Source of the DNA: an uncultured Gammaproteobacteria bacterium
GTDB taxonomy: Bacteria > Pseudomonadota > Gammaproteobacteria > JABCZS01
Length of the DNA stretch: 64,000 bases
Assembly (NCBI GenBank): GCA_964383495.1
Contig: CAYLHG010000003.1
Coordinates: 17,771 to 81,770, forward strand
Direction of reading: 5' to 3'
The position numbers were made by a program, and so were the translations under genes. The notes beneath the pieces were generated by a model. The model was not told where the DNA came from. It saw nothing but the letters and a program-made list of their open reading frames with translations, and ran no database searches. Shown piece by piece: positions 49,305 to 60,716 of the stretch; the stretch's first letter is position 1; each line of letters opens with the position of its first letter.

Positions 49305-49862
49305 TTAAGAAAAGCCAATACACCCCTCATGCGCCAGCAACCATTTTTTGCGGTCTAGCCCACTAGAATATCCGCCCAACGTCCCATTACCCTGAATCAC
49401 ACGATGGCACGGCACAATAATGGTCAATCGGTTCGCACCGTTTGCATTTCCCAGCGCACGGCTTGCACCCGGTTTCCCTGCAATATTTGCTACCTCAGCG
49501 TAACTGCGTGTTTCACCGCACGGAATTGTTTGCAACGCACGCCAAGTCGCTTGTTGGAAATCTGTCCCTAATAAACGGACCGGTGTTTTAAAAACACGCA
49601 ACATGCCTGCAAAATACTCTGCCAACTCTTGCTGAATTTGATGCAACGGCGCTGTAACTTCTGTGCCCAGCGTAAACGGTGTATGTTTTTGCAATTTTTT
49701 TATTTCTTTTTCAAACTTTTTACTTTCTTTAAATTCCAATAATATCAACGCATCTTTATCTGCAATGGCAAACATATCGCCTAATGGAGTTTGAATTTGT
49801 ACTGAGGAAAATGTGCAGGCTGTGGATGGAATTCTATCATTTTGCGTAAGTCCTACATTCAT
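49305..49862 (-). CDS. ogt: Methylated-DNA--protein-cysteine methyltransferase
   Basis: IPCHRVI active-site motif and HTH region. Confidence 0.9.
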   Translation of the reverse strand: MNVGLTQNDRIPSTACTFSSVQIQTPLGDMFAIADKDALILLEFKESKKFEKEIKKLQKHTPFTLGTEVTAPLHQIQQELAEYFAGMLRVFKTPVRLLGTDFQQATWRALQTIPCGETRSYAEVANIAGKPGASRALGNANGANRLTIIVPCHRVIQGNGTLGGYSSGLDRKKWLLAHEGCIGFS

Positions 49863-49933
49863 AATGACTCCTTTAATAAAAATTTAGACAAAGGAACAAC
49901 AAGTATTTCATGAAAAAATTATTCTTCTGAGCA

Positions 49934-49996
49934 GTTCCAAAGAATTATACCATTAAAATAATGTTGAATCTGCTTTAAATCTGTTGATCGTAATTG
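49934..49996. repeat. Direct repeat copy 1 (~63 bp, ~85% identical to copy 2)
   Basis: gttccaaagaattataccattaaaataatgttgaatctgctttaaatctgttgatcgtaattg. Confidence 0.7.
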
Positions 49997-50185
49997 AGTA
50001 GTCCATTTCACTTCTATAAGTAGCCTCCATGCATCAAATATTCATTAAGAAACGACATCAATTCTGAATGAGCTTGAGTATAAAGTTTATTATTAATGAA
50101 AAGATCTGCTTTCTGGATCGAATCACATAATTGTTTTAAAAGAATAAATGTCTAATGCTACATTTTGTCTCTTAATATTAAGTAT

Positions 50186-50800
50186 TTATTTATTCAACGA
50201 GGAGTAAAAAGTATTTGAACTTTGTAATTGATGCATTGCATTCGTAATCGAAGTATTAAATGCTTTTTTAACAGCGGTATTTATGCTCGTAAATGCCATT
50301 GACTCAGCACGCGCTTTTCCGCTGATATTTTGTTGCCATAATATTTCGCCCGTATTTTCATTAACCAATTGCAAATTGATCTGCGTGCTTGCATAAACAA
50401 GCGTACTGATATCGCCTGCAACAAATGTTAATTCCACTTCTTCTAGTATTGATTCTAATTTATAGCGTGCAGAGCTCTGGTTTACTTGGTAGCCCACTTG
50501 ACTTAAGCTTTCATGCAACGCTTGATTCACCACATCTGCCACTGGTTTTTCAGCCGAATAAGTGCCTGATGTTTGCATCTGATACATATTCTTTTTATGT
50601 GCGATAACTGTTGGATCGCTCATAGCACGATTATCTTGTGTTTCAGCGAGTTGTAACGCCACATGTTTTTGCGAAAACCGAGCATTTTCGCTAGGTGCTG
50701 GCATTTGATAGTTCAGCGGCACGCTGGATTGCATTGCGACACAACCTACCAATAAAAACGCCATTATCCCGATGATTATCAATCTAATTGATTTTTTCAT
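50186..50800 (-). CDS. Hypothetical lipoprotein (LVGC lipobox)
   Basis: MKKSIRLIIIGIMAFLLVGC. ~200-aa periplasmic protein. Bracketed by the two 63-bp direct repeats. Confidence 0.6.
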   Translation of the reverse strand: MKKSIRLIIIGIMAFLLVGCVAMQSSVPLNYQMPAPSENARFSQKHVALQLAETQDNRAMSDPTVIAHKKNMYQMQTSGTYSAEKPVADVVNQALHESLSQVGYQVNQSSARYKLESILEEVELTFVAGDISTLVYASTQINLQLVNENTGEILWQQNISGKARAESMAFTSINTAVKKAFNTSITNAMHQLQSSNTFYSSLNK

Positions 50801-50936
50801 TATAAAAACTCCCAATTATTTGGAATAAAATGTTAAGCCTGACCCCACTGTGCTACTTAAAGAATACCATATGATGCCACAGTTAACACTCACTTTATTT
50901 CAAGAGGCAAAAGGCGACGAAAAAGCGCAGCATAAA

Positions 50937-51000
50937 GTTCCAAAGAATCGTACCATTAAAATAATAACTGGATCTGCCTTAAATCTATTGATCGTAATTG
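50937..51000. repeat. Direct repeat copy 2
   Basis: gttccaaagaatcgtaccattaaaataataactggatctgccttaaatctattgatcgtaattg. Confidence 0.7.
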
Positions 51001-51128
51001 CCCCAGCCTTGAAACACACAGCCAAGCACGCTAGAACGAACCATTTATTTAGGGCATTGTAACCTTAGAAGATCTCTTTGCATAAACGTGCTCAATGAAT
51101 TACACTCTATACCAATATCAAGGAGCTT

Positions 51129-51656
51129 TTGATGAAATACCCTCTACCCATGAGAATTATCCACTGGACAATGTCGATCATTATTTTATGTTTACTCACG
51201 GTGGGTCTTTACATGGCGAGCTTGCCCACCGACGCACCGCATAAATACGATTGGTATTTTTGGCATAAATCTTTTGGTATGTTAATTTTAGGATTAGTAT
51301 GTCTGCGCATATTAGTGCGCCATAAAAGCACTGTTCCACCACCTGCGCCGGGCTTAACAGCATTTGAACACCGTGCTGGAAGATTAAGTCATTATCTTTT
51401 ATACGCTTTGATGATCCTCATTCCATTATGCGGCTATATTATGTCGGCTTCTTATACGGAAGGAACGGGTGTTTCATTTTTTGGGTTATTCACATTCCCT
51501 GATCTTGTGCCCAAAAACGATCATTTCTCCAGTACTTTTCGTACCCTCCATAAGGTATTTGCATTTACATTAATAGGTGTGCTTGTCATCCACCTGGGCG
51601 CGGTTCTTAAACACCGTTTTTATGATAAGAAAGACGTGCTTAAGCGAATGCTGTGA
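51129..51656 (+). CDS. Cytochrome b561 (CybB family)
   Basis: Four-TM protein with conserved His ligands (IIHW, HKSFG, H in the last helix). Confidence 0.85.
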   Translation: MMKYPLPMRIIHWTMSIIILCLLTVGLYMASLPTDAPHKYDWYFWHKSFGMLILGLVCLRILVRHKSTVPPPAPGLTAFEHRAGRLSHYLLYALMILIPLCGYIMSASYTEGTGVSFFGLFTFPDLVPKNDHFSSTFRTLHKVFAFTLIGVLVIHLGAVLKHRFYDKKDVLKRML

Positions 51657-51905
51657 AGATAGGCTCTGGGGCGTGCCTCTGGGGCCGTTGACATTCCGCC
51701 CCCTCTTTGGAAAAACCCCAGCCCCTCCATTTACAAGCCTGCTGCGCATGCAGCTTTCTCATTACAGTTATGAGCGCTGGTACAGGCTAAACAACCCTCC
51801 ACCTGTACGAAACAAATTAACCCTCTCCGACACAAATGCCGGCACTTCATTATCCGTCAACACCCAGTACCAACAGCTGGTAGTGAACTAATCAATTAAC
51901 TTTAA

Positions 51906-54383
<2,478 letters not shown>

Positions 54384-54786
54384 CTACCATTTTTTGCCTC
54401 AAAAGGGGAAAAGTGATTACGAAAAGAGGTGAATATCAACACTTAACTAACTTATGCTCTAGAGGGCAAGGGATACATATGCAAGGCATTTTAACGACAC
54501 TTCGACAAAGGGAGTATGGAAAAAATCAAGCTTTAAAGAAGTCTTGAAGCAAAGGAAATTATTGATACGTTTTTAAGTAAACATGAGCCCCTTTTTTTCG
54601 ATCATTACTCAATCGGGCGAATCTTAACAACAAATTGAAGCAAATGACTATAAAGGGCGCGTAAAAGTCCTTTCTCAAGCATTGACAGAGCGAATAGCAT
54701 TCATAGAGCCTTCCATGCCGCCCCTACACTACAAGAAATGATACCCAGCATACCGCAAAGATCAAGAGGACCGAAGTAAGCAAGGA

Positions 54787-54802
54787 TGTTCCACGTGGAA
54801 CA
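54787..54802. promoter_or_regulatory. parS-like palindrome TGTTCCACGTGGAACA (perfect 16-mer)
   Basis: 15/16 match to the Bacillus-type parS TGTTCCACGTGAAACA. Symmetric. Confidence 0.6.
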
Positions 54803-54944
54803 ATGAAAGAAAAGCAGAAAGCTAGGGTAGATCGCACAAAAAAACCCCCGATTCCCTGCGCGAATCTGCCCCGCCCGGATCAAATCTGGGCCAAGCTAAA
54901 AAGGAACAGCACATGCTTAACTATAAAAAGCATTTTTTAGAAAA

Positions 54945-55130
54945 TTGAGAAACAATCAAACTGCTGCAGAAAAATTACTGTGGCGTTTTTTAGGAAAAAA
55001 ACAAAGCTTAAACACAAGTTTCACCCGTCCAAAGCCCATAGGGCCTTTTATTGTGGATTTTTATGCAAAATCTGCAAATTTAATCATTGAATTTGATGGC
55101 GGCCAACATTACGATAAATGTGAGCGCTAA
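54945..55130 (+). pseudogene. Truncated DUF559 (Vsr-like endonuclease-domain) gene remnant
   Basis: 61 aa: AAEKLLWRFL...FTRPKPIGPFIVDFYAKSANLIIEFDGGQHYD matches the DUF559 core, then stops. Confidence 0.55.
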
Positions 55131-55298
55131 TAGATAAAAATAGAGATTCGTATTTTGCGCTTTTAGTTTATCCGTATTGCGATTTAATAATTTGAAGGTT
55201 TTGTTTAGCACAGAGCCGGGGTAGCGGATGATAAGATAGCAGGCAAGCCATATTCGCGTAAGGATGGGAGTTTATTGAGCTTTAGTGAGGCGGCGAAT

Positions 55299-55314
55299 GT
55301 TCCACGTGGAACCA
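55299..55314. promoter_or_regulatory. parS-like palindrome TGTTCCACGTGGAACc
   Basis: One terminal mismatch to the local consensus. Confidence 0.55.
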
Positions 55315-55568
55315 TGAGGAAAATCGATGGGCTGGAGAGCAGATCATGCAAGAAACCTCTCGATTCGTGGAGTTTATTCCCCCGCGAAAGCGGAAACCGA
55401 CCACCCCGTCAGCATCAAGTCCAGAGCAATGCCTAGATCAAATCCGGGCCAAGCTTTTAGAGGGTAGGTGAGCAGCACAGCTGCGAAGCGGGATTCTCAT
55501 GTCACAGAGGACAAGAAAAGAGATCTAATGTCCCGTAAAGATCGATGGGGCCAAGGTAAGGATCGCAT

Positions 55569-55584
55569 GTTCCACGTGGAACTA
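55569..55584. promoter_or_regulatory. parS-like palindrome TGTTCCACGTGGAACt
   Basis: One terminal mismatch. Confidence 0.55.
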
Positions 55585-55759
55585 CAAGGAGAGCAGTGAA
55601 GCAAGTATCTTGTGCAAGAAAACCTCGTCTCATGCTCCGCGCCCGCCTGCCTCTTAAAAGGGGGCTATTAGCAATGTTATTGGTGAAACACTCCCGATTC
55701 GCGGAGTTTATTCCATGCGCAAGCACAATATGCGGGGGTTTTCTTCCTGCGTAATCATC

Positions 55760-56836
55760 TTAAACAACCGTAACCGCTCCATGTTCCACGTGGAACACCG
55801 CACGCTCACGCTCACCACCAAGATCTATTTTCTCTACGCTCGTTAAACAAATTTGGGCATCTAATATAGACAAACGCTCATTTAATAAAGCTCGCGCACC
55901 TTTATCTAGCTCAGAGGGCAGGTCATCTATCAATAATGTTGGACGTTTTCCTGTCTGCTCTATCATCCAGGATACTTGCGCCAATTGTAAGCCTGTTACA
56001 AATGTTTTTTGTTGCCCAGTAGACAACACTTGCGCAGCAGGTTTTTCGTTTACTTTGATTTTCAAATCAGCACGATGTGGGCCCGCGTGTGTGAACCCTA
56101 AAAACATATCCCGCTCAGAAGAAGCCAGCAAAGCCTCCTCTAGGCTTGTCCCTTTTGTCCAGCCCGGCTCATAGAGTAGTCTCAAATCAGAGACACCAGG
56201 CAGCCCTTCTAACGCAATTAAAAAAGAAGGTAAGCAGACATCTAAAATGGAGCAACGTATTTCATGTAACTTTTGGCCTGCTGCAGCTAATAAACTTGTC
56301 CATAAAGACAAATCAGAACGCGCACCTCCAGAAGCACGCAATGCTGCATTGCGTTGTTTCAATAAACGATGGTACTCTCGCCAAACCGCATGGAAAGAAG
56401 GTTCCACGTGGAACATTAACCAATCCAGCCATCGACGCCGCTCTTCAGGAGGATCAGCAAGCAGTTGGTAACCCTCCAAGTTGAGAATTTGAACCGGAAG
56501 CAGTTGTGCAAGTGCAGCAATAGAACCAGCAGGTTCATCATTAATGAGGTAACTATATTTCTCATGTGCATTTTTAATGCACTTCAGTGTGCAAACCAGA
56601 CCATCGTCCAATAGCACCCGAGCACCGATTTGACACGTTTTTTTTCCATGAGAGATCGCTGTAGACAGCTGGGAAGCACGAAATGATTTGCCCGTACCTA
56701 ATATATAGATGCTTTCAAGAATAGAGCTTTTTCCAGCCCCGTTGTCACCGTAAAAATAATTAAGCCCAGGGGAGAGGGTGATGCACTCAGAAGATAAATT
56801 GCGTATATGGTTGCACTGTAAGACTTCAAGCGTCAT
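55760..56836 (-). CDS. recF: DNA replication and repair protein RecF
   Basis: Walker A GDNGAGKSS, signature and Walker B regions. C-terminus VFHVEHG resembles E. coli MFTVEKG. Confidence 0.95.
   Translation of the reverse strand: MTLEVLQCNHIRNLSSECITLSPGLNYFYGDNGAGKSSILESIYILGTGKSFRASQLSTAISHGKKTCQIGARVLLDDGLVCTLKCIKNAHEKYSYLINDEPAGSIAALAQLLPVQILNLEGYQLLADPPEERRRWLDWLMFHVEPSFHAVWREYHRLLKQRNAALRASGGARSDLSLWTSLLAAAGQKLHEIRCSILDVCLPSFLIALEGLPGVSDLRLLYEPGWTKGTSLEEALLASSERDMFLGFTHAGPHRADLKIKVNEKPAAQVLSTGQQKTFVTGLQLAQVSWMIEQTGKRPTLLIDDLPSELDKGARALLNERLSILDAQICLTSVEKIDLGGERERAVFHVEHGAVTVV
55782..55797. promoter_or_regulatory. parS-like palindrome TGTTCCACGTGGAACA (perfect), inside the last codons of recF (encodes VFHVEH)
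   Basis: Seen in sequence. Confidence 0.6.
56400..56415. promoter_or_regulatory. parS-like palindrome gGTTCCACGTGGAACA inside recF coding (encodes MFHVEP)
   Basis: Seen in sequence. Confidence 0.55.
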
Positions 56837-56916
56837 TTATAAAACCCCCGACCCGCGGAGCTTCCCCGCATCATCCGCGTTCCACGCAAAAAATCCATTA
56901 GCAAGCAATCAAGCGC

Positions 56917-58029
56917 TCACAGTCTCAACGGCATTACCACATGAAAATGAGTCATGCCTGGCAAAGGCTCCCCTGAAATCACTGCAGAACAACTGGGATC
57001 AATCAGCTTTAGACACACGTTTCCTGGCGGCAAGGTGTTCAACACGTCCAATAAATACCCTGCGTTAAAACCAATTTCGAAAGGATTTCCTTGATAAGGC
57101 AAATGTATCGCCGCCTCGGCTTCTTCTTGTTCGGGGTTGTTTGCAACAATTCGAAGCAAATCGCCGCTTAATAGCAGACGAACGCCGCGATTCTTCTCAT
57201 TTGATAATGTTGCGGCTCTCATTAACCCTTGTTTTAAAGTGTCCCGATCTAACCCAAGCTCCATGGTGGCAGGAGGGGGAAGGACGCGCTTATAATCTGG
57301 GAAGCGTCCCTCTATTAGTTTTGTGATAAATTCGTGTCGATCTGACGTGATTTTGAGGGTATTGTCGTCGATTTGCACCCCAACAAGATCCATTGTATCA
57401 TTTAGTAATGATAATAATTCTGTTACCGCCTTGCGAGGGACAATCACATGGACGGGAGGGTCTGCAGGAAAAAGAGGGGTAGCGTATTCATTGACCGCAA
57501 GTCTGTGCCCATCTGTGGCGATCATCCTTAAAATTCCTCGATCTGTCTCGAACAGCATCCCATTTAGATAGTAACGGGAATCGTTATTTGCCATGGCAAA
57601 TCGTGTGGCCATCATCATCTGGCGCAATATGCTCTGAGGAAACTTTGCAGAGATTTTCGCTGAATTTCTTTGAATAGCAGGGAAATCCGCGGCAGGGAGG
57701 GTTGCTAGGACAAAGCGCGCACGACCGCTACGCAAAATGAGCCTTTCTCCTTCTAATTTGCAATGAATATCGTCGTTCTCCGCCAAACTTCTGCAAATAT
57801 CTAAAATTTTTCTTGCGGGAGCAGTGACCTCTCCAGAGGTGAATTGTCCTTCAAGCGCATCCTTTACCATTAGCTCAACTTCAAGATCGGAGGCGTTCAA
57901 CGAAATTTGTGAATTTTCAACACAGATCAACACGTTTGACAGTATCGGCATATGTTGTTTTTTTTCAGCCACCCCCGACACCTGCTGAACCAACTTAAGC
58001 AACTTCTCGCATTTTATTGTAAATTCCAT
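56917..58029 (-). CDS. dnaN: DNA polymerase III beta sliding clamp
   Basis: Three-domain beta clamp with MEFTIKCEKLLK N-terminus. Confidence 0.97.
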   Translation of the reverse strand: MEFTIKCEKLLKLVQQVSGVAEKKQHMPILSNVLICVENSQISLNASDLEVELMVKDALEGQFTSGEVTAPARKILDICRSLAENDDIHCKLEGERLILRSGRARFVLATLPAADFPAIQRNSAKISAKFPQSILRQMMMATRFAMANNDSRYYLNGMLFETDRGILRMIATDGHRLAVNEYATPLFPADPPVHVIVPRKAVTELLSLLNDTMDLVGVQIDDNTLKITSDRHEFITKLIEGRFPDYKRVLPPPATMELGLDRDTLKQGLMRAATLSNEKNRGVRLLLSGDLLRIVANNPEQEEAEAAIHLPYQGNPFEIGFNAGYLLDVLNTLPPGNVCLKLIDPSCSAVISGEPLPGMTHFHVVMPLRL

Positions 58030-58062
58030 GATAAACTCCGATTTTCGCCGAAATTAACGACA

Positions 58063-59427
58063 TTAAGAAGACAAGATTCGTACCAAATCTGTCCAATCTT
58101 CCTGAATTTGCCCATCAGATTCCAACATTGCTTTAATAGTACGGCAGGCATGCAATACGGTAGTATGGTCGCGACCACCAAATGCATCACCCACTTCTGG
58201 CAAGCTATGATTTGTTAACTCTTTTGCCAGCGCCATCGCCAACTGTCGAGGGCGAGCCACAGAGCGAGAACGACGCTTCGATAGCAAATCAGCCACTTTA
58301 ATGTTGAAATACTCAGCCACTGTTTTTTGGATATTTTCAATCGTAACAAGCTTGTCTTGCAAAGCTAACAAGTCCTTCAAAGATTCTTTCACAAATTCGA
58401 TAGTAATTTCTTTCCCTGTAAAACGCGCATTCGCCATGACTCGTTTTAAGGCGCCTTCTAATTCACGCACGTTGGCACGCACCCGTTTTGCAATAAAGAA
58501 GGCGACATCGTAAGATAACTCAAGCCCCATTGCTTGGGATTTGCTCATTAAAATAGCTACTCGCGTTTCCAACTCTGGCGGCTCTACAGCCACCGTCAAC
58601 CCCCAGCCAAAGCGTGATTTTAAACGCTCTTCTAATCCTGTGATTTCTTTAGGGTAACGATCACTGGCAATCACTAATTGTTGGCGCCCCTCAAGTAACG
58701 CATTCAATGTATGAAATAACTCTTCTTGTGAGCGCTCTTTACCAGCAAAAAATTGAATATCATCCACCATCAAGACGTTGCGCGAACGATAAAAATCTTT
58801 GAACTCCCCGATTTGGTTATTTTGTAAGGCTTTCACCATGTCCGCCACAAAGCGCTCTGAGTGCCTATACAATATTTTTGCCTGAGGATCACGTTCTAAT
58901 ATCATATTACCAATAGCGTGCATCAAATGCGTTTTCCCAAGGCCTACGCCTCCATAGATGAAAAGCGGGTTGTACACTGTGCCCGGGTTTTCAGCAACCT
59001 GTATTGCCGCGGCCCGCCCCAGCTGGTTAGATTTGCCTTCTACGAAATTTTCAAACGTAAATTCTTTGTTAAGATTATCTGCAGATGAGAACGTCATGGC
59101 ATTCGTTTTAGTAGGAACAACCTTTGTTGTAATAAAAGAAGCCGCAGGCTCTGCAGAAATCGCGGCCATTCCATTCGATTTTCTTCCCATTTTCAACACA
59201 ACATCAGGAGGGTTCGTCGGACAAAACTGTTGCATCCACGCTTTTATCATAACGAGATAGTTATCTTCCACGTACCCGCAAATAAAACGGTTAGGCGCAA
59301 ACAGACAAAGCCCTTCTTCGAGCATTTCTGCTTGCAACGGAAAAATCCACGTATGATAATCAGTTGGTGTAAGCTTGTCTTCTAAGAACTGTAAGCACTG
59401 ATGCCACAGAGACAGTGTGCCAGACAT
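58063..59427 (-). CDS. dnaA: Chromosomal replication initiator DnaA
   Basis: AAA+ Walker [11 protein letters not shown], sensor motifs, C-terminal DnaA-box-binding HTH (HTTVLHA). Confidence 0.97.
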   Translation of the reverse strand: MSGTLSLWHQCLQFLEDKLTPTDYHTWIFPLQAEMLEEGLCLFAPNRFICGYVEDNYLVMIKAWMQQFCPTNPPDVVLKMGRKSNGMAAISAEPAASFITTKVVPTKTNAMTFSSADNLNKEFTFENFVEGKSNQLGRAAAIQVAENPGTVYNPLFIYGGVGLGKTHLMHAIGNMILERDPQAKILYRHSERFVADMVKALQNNQIGEFKDFYRSRNVLMVDDIQFFAGKERSQEELFHTLNALLEGRQQLVIASDRYPKEITGLEERLKSRFGWGLTVAVEPPELETRVAILMSKSQAMGLELSYDVAFFIAKRVRANVRELEGALKRVMANARFTGKEITIEFVKESLKDLLALQDKLVTIENIQKTVAEYFNIKVADLLSKRRSRSVARPRQLAMALAKELTNHSLPEVGDAFGGRDHTTVLHACRTIKAMLESDGQIQEDWTDLVRILSS

Positions 59428-59511
59428 TGGCCCCTCCCATGCCCAAAACGATATTCAGTATACCTTGTTTTGAAGTACTGTTGTTGATCTCTACGCACCA
59501 AGAATGCCATA

Positions 59512-60687
59512 ATGTCTACTTTTTTGGAGCCCTCACTCATGAAGCCTGCCTCTTATTTCACCACGGGACTTGGTTTGTTTGCGATGTTTTTTGGAGCAGG
59601 CAACGTCGTGTTCCCATTATTTGTGGGTATGAAAGCAGGCACTGGGTTAATCCCTGCCATTACCGGGCTCTTACTCACAGCAGTTGCTTTACCCATGGCA
59701 GCGGTACTTGCAATGGTAGAGTATCGCGGTGAACAAAAAGCATATTTTGCGCGTGCAGGGAAATGGGGCGGCGCACTTTTATTATTACTCTGCCTGTTTT
59801 TATTAGGGCCTTTTTTGGTTGTGCCTAGAACAGTATCTGTTGCACACTCTGCCATTTCTCAAACAATTATTCCTGTTTCACCGGAAGTATTCGGGTTAGG
59901 GTATTGCATTTTGATTGCCATTTTATCGCTCAACACGAATACCATGTTGCGGCTAATGGGTCAATTTTTCACGCCATTAATGCTGATTTTATTAGGATGG
60001 ATTATTGCAGCAGGCATTTTCACTCCCGCAACAAATACGATCGCATTAGACCACGCCGAAGGATTTTCCTTTGGATTAAAAGAGGGATATTTCACACTCG
60101 ATGCCATTGCAGCATTGGTGTTTGGACAATTTATTTATGTACAATTACGGCATCAAAGTAAAGATTTATCGCACACACATTTTAAAAAGCACGTGATACA
60201 AGCATCTTGCGTTGCAGGCTTATTATTAAGCTTGGTATATATTGGTCTTGCGTACATCAGCCACAAACAAGCAGACGCGAGCATGCTGTCATTAGATTTA
60301 AAACAAGCGTTATTAATTTTGTTGAGCGCAAAAATGTTGCCGGAAAAATTTATTGGTGTTGCAGGTATTATTATTGCTTCGGCGTGCATTACCACAGCAT
60401 GTGCATTGTCTAAAATTTTCGCGGATTATTTGCATCATTTTGTGAGGCATTACACGCGCAAAATCTCAGATACACATTGTTTATTATTTACCATTGCCAT
60501 TGCATACGGCATGAGCTTGCTAGGTTTTAACGAATTAATGGCGTATTTTTCACCTGTTATTATTGCATGTTATCCCGTTTTTATTTTGCTCACAGTGCAT
60601 GCGTTTGTGAAAGACAAAGTGAATACAAGATGGATGCCTTTTGGCGTTATCATTTGCTTAGCGCTTGGTGTGGCAGGATTAATATAA
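59512..60687 (+). CDS. Branched-chain amino acid transport system II carrier-like permease (LIVCS/BrnQ family)
   Basis: N-terminal FGAGNVVFPLFVGMKAG matches the BrnQ FGAGNxxFPPxxG signature. 12 TM. Confidence 0.65.
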   Translation: MSTFLEPSLMKPASYFTTGLGLFAMFFGAGNVVFPLFVGMKAGTGLIPAITGLLLTAVALPMAAVLAMVEYRGEQKAYFARAGKWGGALLLLLCLFLLGPFLVVPRTVSVAHSAISQTIIPVSPEVFGLGYCILIAILSLNTNTMLRLMGQFFTPLMLILLGWIIAAGIFTPATNTIALDHAEGFSFGLKEGYFTLDAIAALVFGQFIYVQLRHQSKDLSHTHFKKHVIQASCVAGLLLSLVYIGLAYISHKQADASMLSLDLKQALLILLSAKMLPEKFIGVAGIIIASACITTACALSKIFADYLHHFVRHYTRKISDTHCLLFTIAIAYGMSLLGFNELMAYFSPVIIACYPVFILLTVHAFVKDKVNTRWMPFGVIICLALGVAGLI

Positions 60688-60716
60688 AGCATAAGCGTTT
60701 AGGCAATGGCATCAAC

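Larger units (their letters stand above)
54760..55800. repeat. Three degenerate ~250-bp repeat units (drifting to 213 bp between the last copies). Each carries a parS-like palindrome, a CCCGATTCGCGGAGTTTATTCC-like box and a GATCAAATCYGGGCCAAGCT box
   Basis: Manual alignment of 54780-54900, 55290-55460 and 55560-55740. A partial box is also present at 56845-56880. Confidence 0.55.

Noticed and set aside
51657-51905. ORF 51577-51891 (+) and the 'ctctgggg' direct repeat after cytochrome b561
   Set aside because: Overlaps the b561 3' end in another frame with no motifs. The short repeat does not form a terminator hairpin.
55502-55797. FHVEH encoded next to each palindrome looked like decayed duplicates of the recF 3' end
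   Set aside because: The palindrome reads identically on both strands, so TTCCACGTGGAA encodes FHVE in one frame on either strand. The peptide match is not evidence of duplication.
54787-56415. Could the GTTCCACGTGGAAC repeats be a CRISPR array?
   Set aside because: Spacing is irregular (512, 270, 213, 618 bp). The repeats are perfect palindromes of only 14-16 bp. Two lie inside recF coding sequence and no cas genes are nearby.
59428-59511. Looked for oriC and DnaA boxes in the dnaA promoter region
   Set aside because: No TTATCCACA-like box in the 84-bp spacer. The box cluster is upstream of rpmH instead.
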